A stretch of 64,000 nt of DNA, taken from positions 192,001 through 256,000 of the forward strand of contig CAXXFK010000029.1 in NCBI GenBank assembly GCA_963663965.2, read 5' to 3'. The notes beneath the pieces are model-generated. The model did no database searches. It was not told the DNA's origin and saw only the letters and a list, made by a program, of their open reading frames with translations. Shown one piece after another: positions 30,755 through 41,844 of the stretch. Each line of letters opens with the position of its first letter. Position 1 is the first letter of the stretch. A program made the translations under genes and the position numbers. The DNA is from Sedimentisphaerales bacterium. GTDB taxonomy: Bacteria; Planctomycetota; Phycisphaerae; Sedimentisphaerales; SM23-30.

Positions 30755-31240
30755 CTATTCTAACTGCATGGAAGAAATCCGTTGTCTGATCTTTTCCATG
30801 AGTTTAATCAGTTGTTTTTGTTCGGCATCTTTGAGGGGAGCCACAACATCCAGAACAGTTTTTTCATAAAGCGGTTCGACCTGCTCCAGTAGCTGGATTG
30901 ATTTGGGGGTTAATACAACCATATAGGTGCGGCGGTCATCAGGTACTGCCGTTCGTTTGACCAGTCCGGCTTTTTCCATACGATCAATCAAGGAGGTGAT
31001 ATTGGCTCGATTCACCAGCATCATTTCACTGAGTTTGGTTTGAGATAATCCCGGCGTGGCGTCATCTGTTTGATATTTTAACAGCATCATCAGGTTGAAT
31101 TGCACATCGGTTAATCCAAATTTCTGAAAAAACTCGGTCGCAAATTTTTTCAGGCATGAAGTCGTGTAGTAGAGGTTTAATACTGCGGCGTGAGGTTGTT
31201 CGAGTGGCAGGATATATCCCAGTTCTTGTTCCAGGGCCAT
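30755..31240 (-). CDS. MarR-family transcriptional regulator
   Basis: GLTDVQFNLM, LSQTKLSE..VNRANITSLIDRMEKAGLVKR..DDRR..V.LT. Confidence 0.93.
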   Translation of the reverse strand: MALEQELGYILPLEQPHAAVLNLYYTTSCLKKFATEFFQKFGLTDVQFNLMMLLKYQTDDATPGLSQTKLSEMMLVNRANITSLIDRMEKAGLVKRTAVPDDRRTYMVVLTPKSIQLLEQVEPLYEKTVLDVVAPLKDAEQKQLIKLMEKIRQRISSMQLE

Positions 31241-31686
31241 AATAGTTGTTCCTTCAGATAGTCGGTGAAATCCTTACAAGGCTTAATGTATACATATATA
31301 ATATATACCATAATGTTGTTATGTCAAACCAGAAATAATCAGCAGGGGACGATTAGACATGATAATATTTGTAACATATTGTTATTAAAGTAGTAATAGA
31401 AGAGTGTCGGTTGCCAGATTTTTGCCAGGACATTATGATGCATAATATTGTTGCTATCATGATATTGCTGGTCTGGAAGGAAGTCAATAAATGGAATCGG
31501 TAAAAATCCTAACCTGTTACTGGAAGGTTTGATTCGGAAAGTTTGATTGAAGATGAATCCATTAAGCGAGTATCGCCACATTGGGTTAATGGAATAATAT
31601 GGAATTTTTTATGATGTAGGTTTAGAATCAGAACTATGAGTATGCAGACGCAAGAATAATAGAACTCAAATGTTAAGGAACAGAAC

Positions 31687-32589
31687 ATGAAAAACCCCTA
31701 TGTGATAATCGGTATAATATCGGGATTAGTCATGGTTATCTCAGGTTGCTCTATGATAACAGGACAGGCCATGATTCCTGAGGCTACCCGGTTAGAAAAA
31801 ATTGCCGATGGTTTTAAATTTACTGAAGGATGCGCATGCGATCAATTTGGGAACATTTATTTTGCCGATATCCCGGAAAGTAAAATCTGGAAATGGACGA
31901 CACAAGATCAATTAGAACTATTCCGCGACGATAGTCAGCGTGCTAATGGTTTAGCCCTGGATCGTGACGGTGCTTTGATCGCATGTGAATCTTCTGGCGA
32001 CCGTCGATTGGTGCGAATTGACGTGAATAACGGAGAACTCACCGTATTAGCCGATCAATATGCCCATAAAAAATTCAATAGTATTAATGACTTGTGGATC
32101 GATTCACGGGGAGGTGTTTATTTTACTGATCCCCGATACGGGAACCGTGATGGTATGGAGCAGGATGGAGAACATGTTTATTATCTGAATCCAGACCGTA
32201 AAAAAGTCATACGAGTGATCGATGATATGGTGGGTCCCAACGGAATCATGGGAGCACGCGATGGGAAATACTTATTTGTTGCAGATCAAAAAGATGGCAA
32301 GACATATAAATATCGTGTGCTTTCCGATGGGAGTCTTACCGATAAGAAAATATTTGTGTCAGTTGGTTCGGATGGAGTGACAATGGATAAAAAAGGCAAT
32401 CTTTATCTGACACATGATAAGGTGGTTGAAGTGTTTAATCAGGAGGGTGAGTCAATCGGTTCTATTGAGATACCGGAATCCCCAACCAATCTGTGTTTCG
32501 GCGGACCGGGCCGTCAAACTTTATATATCACAGCCCGATCATCAGTATTTCGTATCAAGACCAATATGAATGGTGTCTATAGTAACTAG
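31687..32589 (+). CDS. SMP-30/gluconolactonase family lipoprotein
   Basis: Lipobox ISGC; FKFTEG, ANGL, NSINDL, YFTDP, PNGI, SDG, PTNLCFGG. Confidence 0.92.
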   Translation: MKNPYVIIGIISGLVMVISGCSMITGQAMIPEATRLEKIADGFKFTEGCACDQFGNIYFADIPESKIWKWTTQDQLELFRDDSQRANGLALDRDGALIACESSGDRRLVRIDVNNGELTVLADQYAHKKFNSINDLWIDSRGGVYFTDPRYGNRDGMEQDGEHVYYLNPDRKKVIRVIDDMVGPNGIMGARDGKYLFVADQKDGKTYKYRVLSDGSLTDKKIFVSVGSDGVTMDKKGNLYLTHDKVVEVFNQEGESIGSIEIPESPTNLCFGGPGRQTLYITARSSVFRIKTNMNGVYSN

Positions 32590-32748
32590 AGGGTGGGATG
32601 TCATAAGGTTCTATATGGTAATTAGTTAAGTCTTTTTTGGTCTGATCAGGAATTGAGGCCGTCTTCTATTTGCCTATGGTTTGATTTTGATTTATAATAT
32701 TAGTTTTGTGAATTTATAAAATAAGTTATCCCAGAGAGTGTACTGGAT

Positions 32749-34518
32749 TTGGTATCCGTGAAGATAATTGAACAACAAGATATTCGATCCCGTTTCAAAA
32801 AGTCAGCCGTAGTAAGAAGTGTTACGGCGCTGGCGACGCTGGGTGTATTGGTATTGGAGTTTGGATTCGAGCAGCTCTATCTGCCCCAGTGGCTGTTTAA
32901 TTTTCTGGAGATTCTGGGAGGGCTGGTTTATCTAGGCGCTAATTTGTATAACTGGATGGTTGAAGAACCCCACGAGTTCAATTGGCGAAAACCGCTACTG
33001 GATATCAGTCTGTTAGCGATTATGTTTTTCAGTTTTCTGTTTGTTCCGGCTATCCAATCGAATTTACCCGTTCACTATATCGACTGGCGGATTTATAAGA
33101 TTTACCTTTTTGCCGTCATGCTGTTTTATATGGCGCGCCTGAGTGTGACCGCCGCGGCAAGTGGACGGGCGCCGACACGGGCACTGTTGGCGAGTTTTTT
33201 AGTAATTATCGTTACCGGATCATTGTTGTTGATGTTACCAGCGGCGTCGACGGGGGAGCCTCTGAGTTTCACTGACGCCTTTTTTACTTCCACCAGCGCC
33301 ACCTGTGTGACGGGATTAGTTGTCAAAGATACCGGATTGGATTTTACGCGCTTTGGCCAAATTGTGATCTTGATATTGATTCAGGTTGGTGGATTGGGGA
33401 TCATGATTTTCGGCGCGGTTTTCGCGTTACTGATGGGGAGTCGGCTAACATTACGGGAATCGGTTGCGATCCGGGATATCATGAATGAACAGGCCCATGG
33501 CCAGATCGGGCGAATTACCGTATTCATTTGTATTTCAACGCTTCTCCTGGAAGCCATAGGCGCTTCAGGATTATACGGAATCTGGCAAACCAGTGATGCC
33601 ACGGGCGGCCAGCTTTTCCAAAGTATATTTCATTCGATCAGTGCTTTCTGTAACGCAGGATTTGCCCTGCAGGGGGATAGTCTGTCGAAATACCGGTCTC
33701 ACTGGCAGATCTATCTATTTGTGTGTCCTTTGATTATACTCGGAGGGTTGGGATTTCCCGTATTAAGCAATTTGTGGCAGATTTTACGAGATAGAATTCG
33801 TCGCATGAGGAAAAAACGCAAGGTTGCTCCGGTTCGCTTAAGCTTACATAGTCGTCTGGTGTTGATATCCAGTTTGTTTTTGCTGGTTTTTGGATGGGAA
33901 GTATTCGTGATATTGGAGAAGGTGCGGCCGGTTCCTCCCGATGGCATTGTACCGAACATTACGTATCTTGACAGCCTGTTCAACTCGATTACCGCGCGAA
34001 CGGCCGGATTCAATACCGTAAATATTGCCGATCTGAGTGCGGGGTCCAAGCTGGTATTGATGTTTTTGATGAGTATCGGAGGTTCCCCCAGTTCGACTGC
34101 CGGTGGAATTAAAACGATCGCCTTTGCCGTGATGGTTCTGTCCGTTTTTTCGACGATCTCAGGGCGGCAAAAAGTCCATGTATTTCGACGGGCTATCCCG
34201 GTGATGGTAATCCGGCGCTCAGCAACCATTTTTATGTTATACGGTATGTTAATTTGGGGGATTACCCTGTTATTAACCGTTACGCGCCAGAGTTATAGTT
34301 TCAGTCTGATCGATTTAATATTCGAAACGTGCTCAGCGCTCGGGACGGTTGGTTTGTCAACCGGATTGACTCCGGATCTGCCAATTGCCGGAAAATGGAT
34401 TATCATCATGGCAATGGTGGTCGGACGATTAGGACCGGTTAGTTTATTGGCAGCGTTGACCTTGCATGGAGAACGTGAGGACTATGACTATCCTATGGAA
34501 CCGCTGGTTGTCGGATAA
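32749..34518 (+). CDS. ktrB: Trk/Ktr potassium uptake membrane subunit with extra N-terminal TM segments
   Basis: FTSTSATCVTGL, SISAFCNAGF, TARTAGF, GGSPSSTAGGIK, SALGTVGLS. Confidence 0.92.
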   Translation: MVSVKIIEQQDIRSRFKKSAVVRSVTALATLGVLVLEFGFEQLYLPQWLFNFLEILGGLVYLGANLYNWMVEEPHEFNWRKPLLDISLLAIMFFSFLFVPAIQSNLPVHYIDWRIYKIYLFAVMLFYMARLSVTAAASGRAPTRALLASFLVIIVTGSLLLMLPAASTGEPLSFTDAFFTSTSATCVTGLVVKDTGLDFTRFGQIVILILIQVGGLGIMIFGAVFALLMGSRLTLRESVAIRDIMNEQAHGQIGRITVFICISTLLLEAIGASGLYGIWQTSDATGGQLFQSIFHSISAFCNAGFALQGDSLSKYRSHWQIYLFVCPLIILGGLGFPVLSNLWQILRDRIRRMRKKRKVAPVRLSLHSRLVLISSLFLLVFGWEVFVILEKVRPVPPDGIVPNITYLDSLFNSITARTAGFNTVNIADLSAGSKLVLMFLMSIGGSPSSTAGGIKTIAFAVMVLSVFSTISGRQKVHVFRRAIPVMVIRRSATIFMLYGMLIWGITLLLTVTRQSYSFSLIDLIFETCSALGTVGLSTGLTPDLPIAGKWIIIMAMVVGRLGPVSLLAALTLHGEREDYDYPMEPLVVG

Positions 34519-34608
34519 TATAGGATCAACTGGAGAAGTTAATACCGTAGCCCAAAGATATTAACAATCTGACAAATAGATTGATATAACTTGACAGGAG
34601 TTCAACTC

Positions 34609-35283
34609 ATGCAGCGATTTGCAGTAATTGGATTAGGACGTTTTGGCGCTCAACTGGCCCGGTCGTTGACCGCTTCAGGCGCGGAAGTTATTGCCATTGA
34701 TAAAGACCGGCGCATTATTGATGAGATCAGTGACAGCGTGACGTATGCTGTCCGTCTTGACAGTACCAATGAAGAAGCGCTCCGGGCGCAGGGAGTCGAT
34801 AAGGTTAATGTTGCAATCGTGGGTATCGGGCAGGATTTCGAATCAAGTATTTTAACGACGGTTATTTTAAAAGGAATGAAAGTGACCCGGATCTGCTGCC
34901 GGGCAGAAAAACAGATACATGGTCGAATATTGCGACGAGTGGGCGCCGATGAAATTATTTTACCTGAGGAAGAAAGCGCACAGCGCTGGTCATTTAAGCT
35001 CATGGCGCCGAGGATAGGTGAAAAGCTGGAATTTGCACCGGGTTTCAGTTTTGCTAGATATAATGCGCCGGCCAGCTTTCATAATAAAACAATACTGGAA
35101 TTGAACCTGCGTAAGAAGTATAATGTCAACTTGATTGGGTTGCACAGGGCGGCCCAGCCGGATGAGGCTGAAATATCCGGTCAGATTATCAATGTGCCCT
35201 TGCCTGAGACGATTATCCATAAAGGGGATGTTTTGTGGCTGGTGGGTTCTGATGACAACCTGGCCTCGATGCCGGATGAATAA
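34609..35283 (+). CDS. ktrA: Trk/Ktr potassium uptake NAD-binding regulatory subunit
   Basis: AGGAG RBS; FAVIGLGRFG Rossmann motif; C-terminal TrkA-C domain. Confidence 0.92.
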   Translation: MQRFAVIGLGRFGAQLARSLTASGAEVIAIDKDRRIIDEISDSVTYAVRLDSTNEEALRAQGVDKVNVAIVGIGQDFESSILTTVILKGMKVTRICCRAEKQIHGRILRRVGADEIILPEEESAQRWSFKLMAPRIGEKLEFAPGFSFARYNAPASFHNKTILELNLRKKYNVNLIGLHRAAQPDEAEISGQIINVPLPETIIHKGDVLWLVGSDDNLASMPDE

Positions 35284-35374
35284 ATGGGATTTGAAATAAA
35301 GAGATATTCGTTTGTAAGCGAAAATGATTTTATGGTGTACGGTATGAAAAGGCCGTAATTGAAAGGAGTATATT

Positions 35375-36103
35375 ATGATTCGTACTGCTAATCCGACTTT
35401 GAATGATCAGGTTTTTACCCAATTCGATATTGCCGAAAACCGGATGACAATCCAGGGAACGGTTAATCGAACCGGAATTTTGCTGGCTTTATTGATCTTG
35501 AGCGCCAGTTTTACCTGGAAGATGGTGGGTGACCAGGCCAATTTCCAACCGTGGCTGGTGGGAGGTATGATCGGTGGGTTGGTGATGGCTATGCTTACGG
35601 TTTTCAAAAAAGCCTGGGCTCCGGTCACTGCCCCTATATACGCTTTGTTGGAAGGTTTATTTCTGGGCGCTATTTCTGCATTATTCGAAGCCCAATACCA
35701 AGGAATTGTATTCCAGGCAATTACACTGACGTTTGGAACCCTGGCCGGATTATTGATCGCCTATACCTCGCGTCTGATCAAGCCCAGTGAGAATTTCAAA
35801 TTGGGCGTTGTTGCCGCGACGGGCGGGATCTTTTTTGTTTATTTGATTTCGTGGATCATGAATCTGTTTGGCGCGAATATGCCTTTTATCCATAGCAGCG
35901 GTACCATTGGTATCGTGTTCAGCCTGTTTGTGGTTGTGGTAGCGGCGCTCAATCTGGTGCTTGATTTTGATTTCATCGAGCAAGGGGTCGAATATGGAGC
36001 GCCCAAGTATATGGAATGGTATGGCGCCTTTGGCCTGATGGTGACATTGATCTGGCTGTATATCGAGATTTTGCGGTTGCTGGCAAAATTGCGCCGGAGA
36101 TAA
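35375..36103 (+). CDS. Bax inhibitor-1/YccA-like membrane protein
   Basis: RTANP, MTIQGTVN, YALLEGLFLG, LDFDFIE, PKYMEWYGAFGLMVTLIWLYIEILRLL. Confidence 0.9.
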   Translation: MIRTANPTLNDQVFTQFDIAENRMTIQGTVNRTGILLALLILSASFTWKMVGDQANFQPWLVGGMIGGLVMAMLTVFKKAWAPVTAPIYALLEGLFLGAISALFEAQYQGIVFQAITLTFGTLAGLLIAYTSRLIKPSENFKLGVVAATGGIFFVYLISWIMNLFGANMPFIHSSGTIGIVFSLFVVVVAALNLVLDFDFIEQGVEYGAPKYMEWYGAFGLMVTLIWLYIEILRLLAKLRRR

Positions 36104-36144
36104 TGAAGCGAGCGTTAAGAGTAGCTAATTCTGGCGAAACCAGA

Positions 36145-39100
36145 TTAATTGGTATTTAACTTTTTCGCTCCTTTATTAAGAAAGTTCCTTAAACAAGCCA
36201 GTAACGTTCTGGGTGTTTCAAAATAACGTTGCCCCAGACGCAAATGGATTGTTTGGGTATCTGGTATTCGTACTGAGCCTGGAGCATCTTGGAAGAGATT
36301 GCCCACGTGCGCATCTTTTTTAATGTTAAAGATCAAATCGGGGATTTTCTGGACGATACTGCGAATGTGGAGAAAAGAAGCGAGAACGCGAATCTCCGCC
36401 AGATCGAGCAGGTCTTGAACCGCCTGAGGAGGGCGCCCAAATTGATCGTTCAAGTCACTTTCAAGCAGGTCAAGGTCTGTCCGGTTACGACAGGTAGCCA
36501 GGCGTCGATAAGTCTCCATGCGTTGTCGGTCTGAGGCGATATAGGACCGAGGGATATGATTGTCGATATTCAGTTCAAGATGAGTAATGATGGGGATAGG
36601 GACGGATTCCCCTTTAAGGCGGTGTACGGCGTTTTGCAGCAAACGGCAATACAATTCGTAGCCAACGGCATCGATATGGCCGGATTGTTCGATGCCCAGG
36701 ATATTGCCGGCCCCACGGATTTCCAGGTCTCTCAAGGCGATGCGAAAACCGCTGCCCAACTGGGAATATTCTTCAATGGCTTTCAGGCGTTTGACCGCAT
36801 TGGGATTAATCTTACGGGTACGCGGTAAGAGCATGTAGGCATAGGCGCGATTCTTATAGCGGCCGACTCTGCCGCGCAACTGATGTAATTCAGCCAAACC
36901 GAAACGGTCGGCATCATTGATGATGATGGTGTTGGCGGAGGGGATATCCAGGCCGGATTCGATGATGGTCGTACTGACTAGTATATCTGCTTTATGTTTC
37001 ACAAAATCGACCATTCGTTTTTCGAGATCCCGTTTGCTCATCTGGCCGTGAGCAACAATGATCCTGGCGTCGGGGATCAGGCCGGCAATGACATCGGCCA
37101 TGGACTGGATAGACTGAACACGGTTATGCAGAAAAAAAACCTGGCCATCGCGAGCCAGTTCCCGGTTGATAGCCTGGGCAATCAGGATGTCATCGTAGGG
37201 TACGACCTGCGTTACAATACTGCGCCGGTCTAATGGCGGCGTGGTCAGGGATGAGATGTCACGGATTCCCATTAAAGCCATATGCATGGAACGGGGCAGG
37301 GGTGTTGCGGTTAGTGTCAGAATATCTACAGTGGCGCGAAGTTGTTTCAGACGTTCTTTGTGTTCGACTCCGAAACGTTGTTCTTCGTCAATAATAACCA
37401 GGCCAAGATCTTTAAACCGGATATCTTTACTTAAAATACGATGAGTTCCGATCAGGATATCTATCTGCCCAAGGGAGAGTTTTCGGACAATTTCAGAGGC
37501 CTGGGCAGCCGTGCGGAATCGGCTGAGCATTTCGACATGGAAGGGGAAATCTGCCATACGATCATGAAACGTCTGGTAATGCTGAGCCGCCAGAACCGTC
37601 GTCGGGACCAATACCGCTACTTGTTTACCCTGTTCGGCGGCTTTGAAGGCGGCGCGCATTGCCAGTTCGGTTTTGCCGTAACCTACATCTCCGCAAAGCA
37701 GGCGGTCCATGGGACGGCTGTTTTGCATGTCTCGTTTGATTTCTGAGATAACGGCCAATTGATCTGGGGTTTCCTGATAAGGGAAGGCATCTTCGAATTC
37801 TTTGACCCAGGAGGTATCGGGCGGATAGCAGATACCAGGTGTTGCCTGACGTTTGGCCTGGATATCAATCAGGCGAGCCGCCATATCTTCAACCGCTTCA
37901 TTGGTTTTGTTTTTTTGTTTTTCCCAGGACCGGCTACCCAGTTTAGACAGTTTGGTCTGTCCTGGCGTTGATCCAACGTATTTATGAATGAGGTCGATTT
38001 TACTGGCCGGCACATGCATTAACGCGCCATCGGCATATTCCAGAGTGAGGTATTCTTCATTCCGGCCGTCTTTGTTCATGATCTTGAGGCCGCGGAACTG
38101 GCCAATTCCGTGATTGATATGGACAATCAGGTCACCAGGTTCCAGGTCAGTAAAGGATTCAATCGCCTGCACATGACGGATACCTCGAATTCGCCGGCTG
38201 ATCTGCTGCTGGCCGAAGAGTTCATGATGAGTGGTTACTGTAAGATTCAGTTGGGGCAGGGCAAAGCCGCGATGGAGCAAGCCGACGGGCAGAAACAGGT
38301 TATCCGGGACAGCCTGTTCGTTTTCACGCGCGAATGACTGGATGATTTCGATACAGCGTTGACGATGAGCGGGTTGTTCGCAGAAGAAGTAAACTTTATG
38401 ATCTTGCTTACGGCTTAACATAACCAGATCATCAAGCGCTTCAACGGATCGGGCGGCATAATCCTGAACGGAACCAGCATGTAAATTGATCGATCGGATA
38501 CCAGGATCACATTGAAACCGATTGATATAAAGCGTATCAAAGCGATTCAGTTTTTTGAGCACCTCTTCGACGGAATAGGTCATATCCGGATTGGTAAGAC
38601 GGGCTCTAATTAAACGGCCTGTTTCCTGGATTTCGATCGCTTCTTCCAGGATGACCAGCGTTTTGTCTGGCAAGTAATGGGTGAAATCTGTTTGTTCATC
38701 CGGCATGGAACCACGCTGACAGGGAGCCAGTGAAACCGTATCCGTTGAACGGATTGAGCGGCGAGAATCGAGGTCGAAATATCGTAATGATTCAATTTCA
38801 TCGCCGAAGAATTCGATACGTACCGGGTGGCTGAATGCGGGTGGAAAGATATCGACAATACCGCCACGGCAGGCAAATTCACCAACCCGATCAATTTCTT
38901 CCGTACGGTCAAAACCGTGACGATCCAACCAGTCCAGGAGAGAATCCAGTGTCAAGGCGTCATTATTACCGATACGGAGGATTAAAGAATGGCATTCCAT
39001 ATAGGCAGGAGCGGGGACCGGTTGCATCAGGGCGCTGATCGAAGCAACCAGTATCGGCATGCTATTGCCGCAATAGTTTAAGAGCGACTGGCAAATCCGC

Positions 39101-39453
39101 AATCTTTCGCAGGCAATATCTGAGGTTGGATCGATCCGCCCGGAAGTCGATTCGCCGGCCGGTAATAGTTCAACTGAATGTCCGGAACAGGTTTCCAGGT
39201 CATCTTGAGCGTTATCCGCCTCCGGGATATGGGCTGTTACGTATAGGACCGGGCGTAATAGAGTTTCGCTTATGATGGATGCCAATAGCCGCCCAAGGGA
39301 GCCCCAGTTCCCGTAAAATTCATAAAGGAAGGGACGGCCGGGGGTAGAGATGGAACCGGACAGATCCCTGGCAAGGAGCGATATTGCCTGGCCCAGTTCT
39401 GTGCCGTGAGGTTCAAGCAGTAAGTTTTTGATCTGATTAAGAGAGTCGGACAT
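36145..39453 (-). CDS. mfd: Transcription-repair coupling factor
   Basis: RGGIVDIF, VHINHGIG, DRLLCGDVGYGKTE, IIDEEQRFG, QLRGRVGR, DLEIRGAGN. Confidence 0.97.
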   Translation of the reverse strand: MSDSLNQIKNLLLEPHGTELGQAISLLARDLSGSISTPGRPFLYEFYGNWGSLGRLLASIISETLLRPVLYVTAHIPEADNAQDDLETCSGHSVELLPAGESTSGRIDPTSDIACERLRICQSLLNYCGNSMPILVASISALMQPVPAPAYMECHSLILRIGNNDALTLDSLLDWLDRHGFDRTEEIDRVGEFACRGGIVDIFPPAFSHPVRIEFFGDEIESLRYFDLDSRRSIRSTDTVSLAPCQRGSMPDEQTDFTHYLPDKTLVILEEAIEIQETGRLIRARLTNPDMTYSVEEVLKKLNRFDTLYINRFQCDPGIRSINLHAGSVQDYAARSVEALDDLVMLSRKQDHKVYFFCEQPAHRQRCIEIIQSFARENEQAVPDNLFLPVGLLHRGFALPQLNLTVTTHHELFGQQQISRRIRGIRHVQAIESFTDLEPGDLIVHINHGIGQFRGLKIMNKDGRNEEYLTLEYADGALMHVPASKIDLIHKYVGSTPGQTKLSKLGSRSWEKQKNKTNEAVEDMAARLIDIQAKRQATPGICYPPDTSWVKEFEDAFPYQETPDQLAVISEIKRDMQNSRPMDRLLCGDVGYGKTELAMRAAFKAAEQGKQVAVLVPTTVLAAQHYQTFHDRMADFPFHVEMLSRFRTAAQASEIVRKLSLGQIDILIGTHRILSKDIRFKDLGLVIIDEEQRFGVEHKERLKQLRATVDILTLTATPLPRSMHMALMGIRDISSLTTPPLDRRSIVTQVVPYDDILIAQAINRELARDGQVFFLHNRVQSIQSMADVIAGLIPDARIIVAHGQMSKRDLEKRMVDFVKHKADILVSTTIIESGLDIPSANTIIINDADRFGLAELHQLRGRVGRYKNRAYAYMLLPRTRKINPNAVKRLKAIEEYSQLGSGFRIALRDLEIRGAGNILGIEQSGHIDAVGYELYCRLLQNAVHRLKGESVPIPIITHLELNIDNHIPRSYIASDRQRMETYRRLATCRNRTDLDLLESDLNDQFGRPPQAVQDLLDLAEIRVLASFLHIRSIVQKIPDLIFNIKKDAHVGNLFQDAPGSVRIPDTQTIHLRLGQRYFETPRTLLACLRNFLNKGAKKLNTN

Positions 39454-39539
39454 GCCATTATCTTAATCAGATATTTATTAATATCAAGAGGATACTGGAG
39501 GTAGTGATTAGCGGCTATATTCTGAGAAGGTAGGGTGGC

Positions 39540-41828
39540 TCAGGTCAGATTTTTATACCAGACGTTCATCGATTCAATCTGACCGGATATATTGGTGTTA
39601 TTAATCAAACGCCCCCCAAAATGGTAGCCGGCCCGGGCAAAGGTGATATTCATACCTGGTGACGCAGCACGTGCGATGGTATAGGCCGTTTTGAAATCAC
39701 GCCGGAGAATGGCATCTTCCATGTATTCCAGTAACTGGATAGCCAGATTATTGCCGCGCATTTCCGGAAGGGTGGCAAAATCAGTCATTTCCGCGTTTTG
39801 AGCCTCAAGATCCATTTCGGCTGAAGACAAGGCCACCATCCGCCCCTGAATTTCGACACAGAAATAGTCAATATGATCATTCATCGTTTCAAGTAGATAA
39901 TCCGGTTCAGAGATGGGGAAGGGATAACTGGGAAATACTTCTTGATAAATATCAGCCATCTGGTTCACATCTCCGGGTCGGCAGGGACGGATAGTCATGT
40001 CATCCATTGGTGTCATTGTTGGCGATGTTGCCGACTTCTCAATGGTGATTCTTAACACTTCGTCAAGGTTTTTCCTGTTATCCAAATGAGCGCGGTCGGG
40101 ATCCAGATATTTAGCCAGGAACAAGGCGTCCTGATCACCATTATAAAAACCGGGCACTTGAGCTTCTTTAAAATAACCGAATTCTTGAAAGATCTCTTGT
40201 TGGTCAGCGGGAGCTTTGGCAAATATCTTACTGTATTCCTGTTGAAGGGCCAGTTCTTCCAGTTGAGGTATCAGGTTTTCGGGTTCTGCGTCTCCGATTT
40301 TCATCAGATAGATACGTTCATTCAGAGGTCCATGCTGAATCAAAGCGCCGTCAAGTGTTTCAATCGTATCGGTAGTCTGATGAATATTGACAGAAGCGAT
40401 TGTTTTATTGTCGGGAAAGAGAAGCGATAGAGGGAAAAAGAGAATACTGGAACAAAGAATGCCATATAACGTGAAGTCGAATCCCCAGTCATCTAAAAAT
40501 TGAGGCAGAGTCAGGATTTTTAACATCAGCAATAATGTCAGGATGCCACCGCCCATCATAGCGGCCAAGGCTCCGGTTGAACTGGAACGTTTCCAGAAAT
40601 AAGCTCCCAGAGTGGGTATGAAAAGGCCGGAAACCATAAAGGCGTAGGCGTAGAGAATGGCATCCAGCACCGCATTGAACTGAGCTGCCAGCAATACCGC
40701 CAAGGCACCAATGATAAAGGTTGCCAGCATGGACAGACGCATCAAATTCCTGGGCGAGATCGTACCCGGCCAGTAACGTTCAATCAGGTCATTGACGAAA
40801 TTGCCGGAAGCGGCCATCAGACAACTATCAGCTGTTGACATGATCGCAGAAAAATAAGACGCAATGACAATACCCGTTACGCCGACAGGGAGAAGGTCAC
40901 GGATCAACATAGGCATGGCCATTTCCGGATCGGCCTGCGGGAAAACTACCCGGGCACACATGCCCAGAAAAACACCAGTGAATGCCATAATTGGATATTC
41001 GAAAAACCCGGCGATATACCAGGCTTTCCTAGCCTGCTGAATGTTTTTGCAGGCATACATGCGCTGGTACAACGTCATCGCGATTAACCAAATGGGGATT
41101 ATCGTGATCATCCAATTGATGAATGTCACAATTGAGATATTTGTTATTGTGAAATATTGACCAGGTAATCCTGAACGAAGGGCCTGCCAGCCGCCAATTT
41201 TATAGAGCGTAAACGGGATTGTGATCAAGATAAGCCCGGCTAATAATATAATCCATTGAATCGTATCGGTATAAATAACGGCTTTGAGGCCACCAAATAC
41301 TGTGTACAGGATTGTGATTGCGGCAATTGTCAGGAGTGCGAATGTCACAGGATTCATTCCAAAAGGATTTGATTGCAGAATAGTGGCTGAGGCTAATTTA
41401 GCGCCGGCAAGCATCTGGGCGCCAGTAAAACCCAGATAGCCTATTCCAGAAATTAATGCTGCCACTAATGCCACCTTGTCATTATATCGGTAACGTAAAA
41501 AATCCGGATAGGTCATGAATTGGTGGTTGCCATCAAGGCTTTTGATGCGAGGGATAATAAAAACGGCACTTAACCAGGCCCCAATCAGGCCGGTAAACAG
41601 CAGCCAACTGCCAGAGAGTCCCATCAGGAATCCAACACCTCCCAGACCGATGGAAAAGCCACCTCCAACATCCGTTGCCACGATAGACAGGCCAACATGA
41701 GTGGCATCGATAGATCGGCTTCCTACATAGTAATCTTCCATTGTTTTGTTGCGGCGGAAATGATAAAAGCCGACTGCCAACACTCCCAGCATATAGATAC
41801 CAAAAATCAAATAGTCGATAATGTGCAT
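39540..41828 (-). CDS. ablB: Sodium:solute symporter fused in frame to a beta-lysine N-acetyltransferase (AblB-like GNAT)
   Basis: About 470 aa of multi-TM SSS ([33 protein letters not shown]) followed by [54 protein letters not shown]. Confidence 0.9.
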   Translation of the reverse strand: MHIIDYLIFGIYMLGVLAVGFYHFRRNKTMEDYYVGSRSIDATHVGLSIVATDVGGGFSIGLGGVGFLMGLSGSWLLFTGLIGAWLSAVFIIPRIKSLDGNHQFMTYPDFLRYRYNDKVALVAALISGIGYLGFTGAQMLAGAKLASATILQSNPFGMNPVTFALLTIAAITILYTVFGGLKAVIYTDTIQWIILLAGLILITIPFTLYKIGGWQALRSGLPGQYFTITNISIVTFINWMITIIPIWLIAMTLYQRMYACKNIQQARKAWYIAGFFEYPIMAFTGVFLGMCARVVFPQADPEMAMPMLIRDLLPVGVTGIVIASYFSAIMSTADSCLMAASGNFVNDLIERYWPGTISPRNLMRLSMLATFIIGALAVLLAAQFNAVLDAILYAYAFMVSGLFIPTLGAYFWKRSSSTGALAAMMGGGILTLLLMLKILTLPQFLDDWGFDFTLYGILCSSILFFPLSLLFPDNKTIASVNIHQTTDTIETLDGALIQHGPLNERIYLMKIGDAEPENLIPQLEELALQQEYSKIFAKAPADQQEIFQEFGYFKEAQVPGFYNGDQDALFLAKYLDPDRAHLDNRKNLDEVLRITIEKSATSPTMTPMDDMTIRPCRPGDVNQMADIYQEVFPSYPFPISEPDYLLETMNDHIDYFCVEIQGRMVALSSAEMDLEAQNAEMTDFATLPEMRGNNLAIQLLEYMEDAILRRDFKTAYTIARAASPGMNITFARAGYHFGGRLINNTNISGQIESMNVWYKNLT

Positions 41829-41844
41829 GATAGATAACCTGTTT

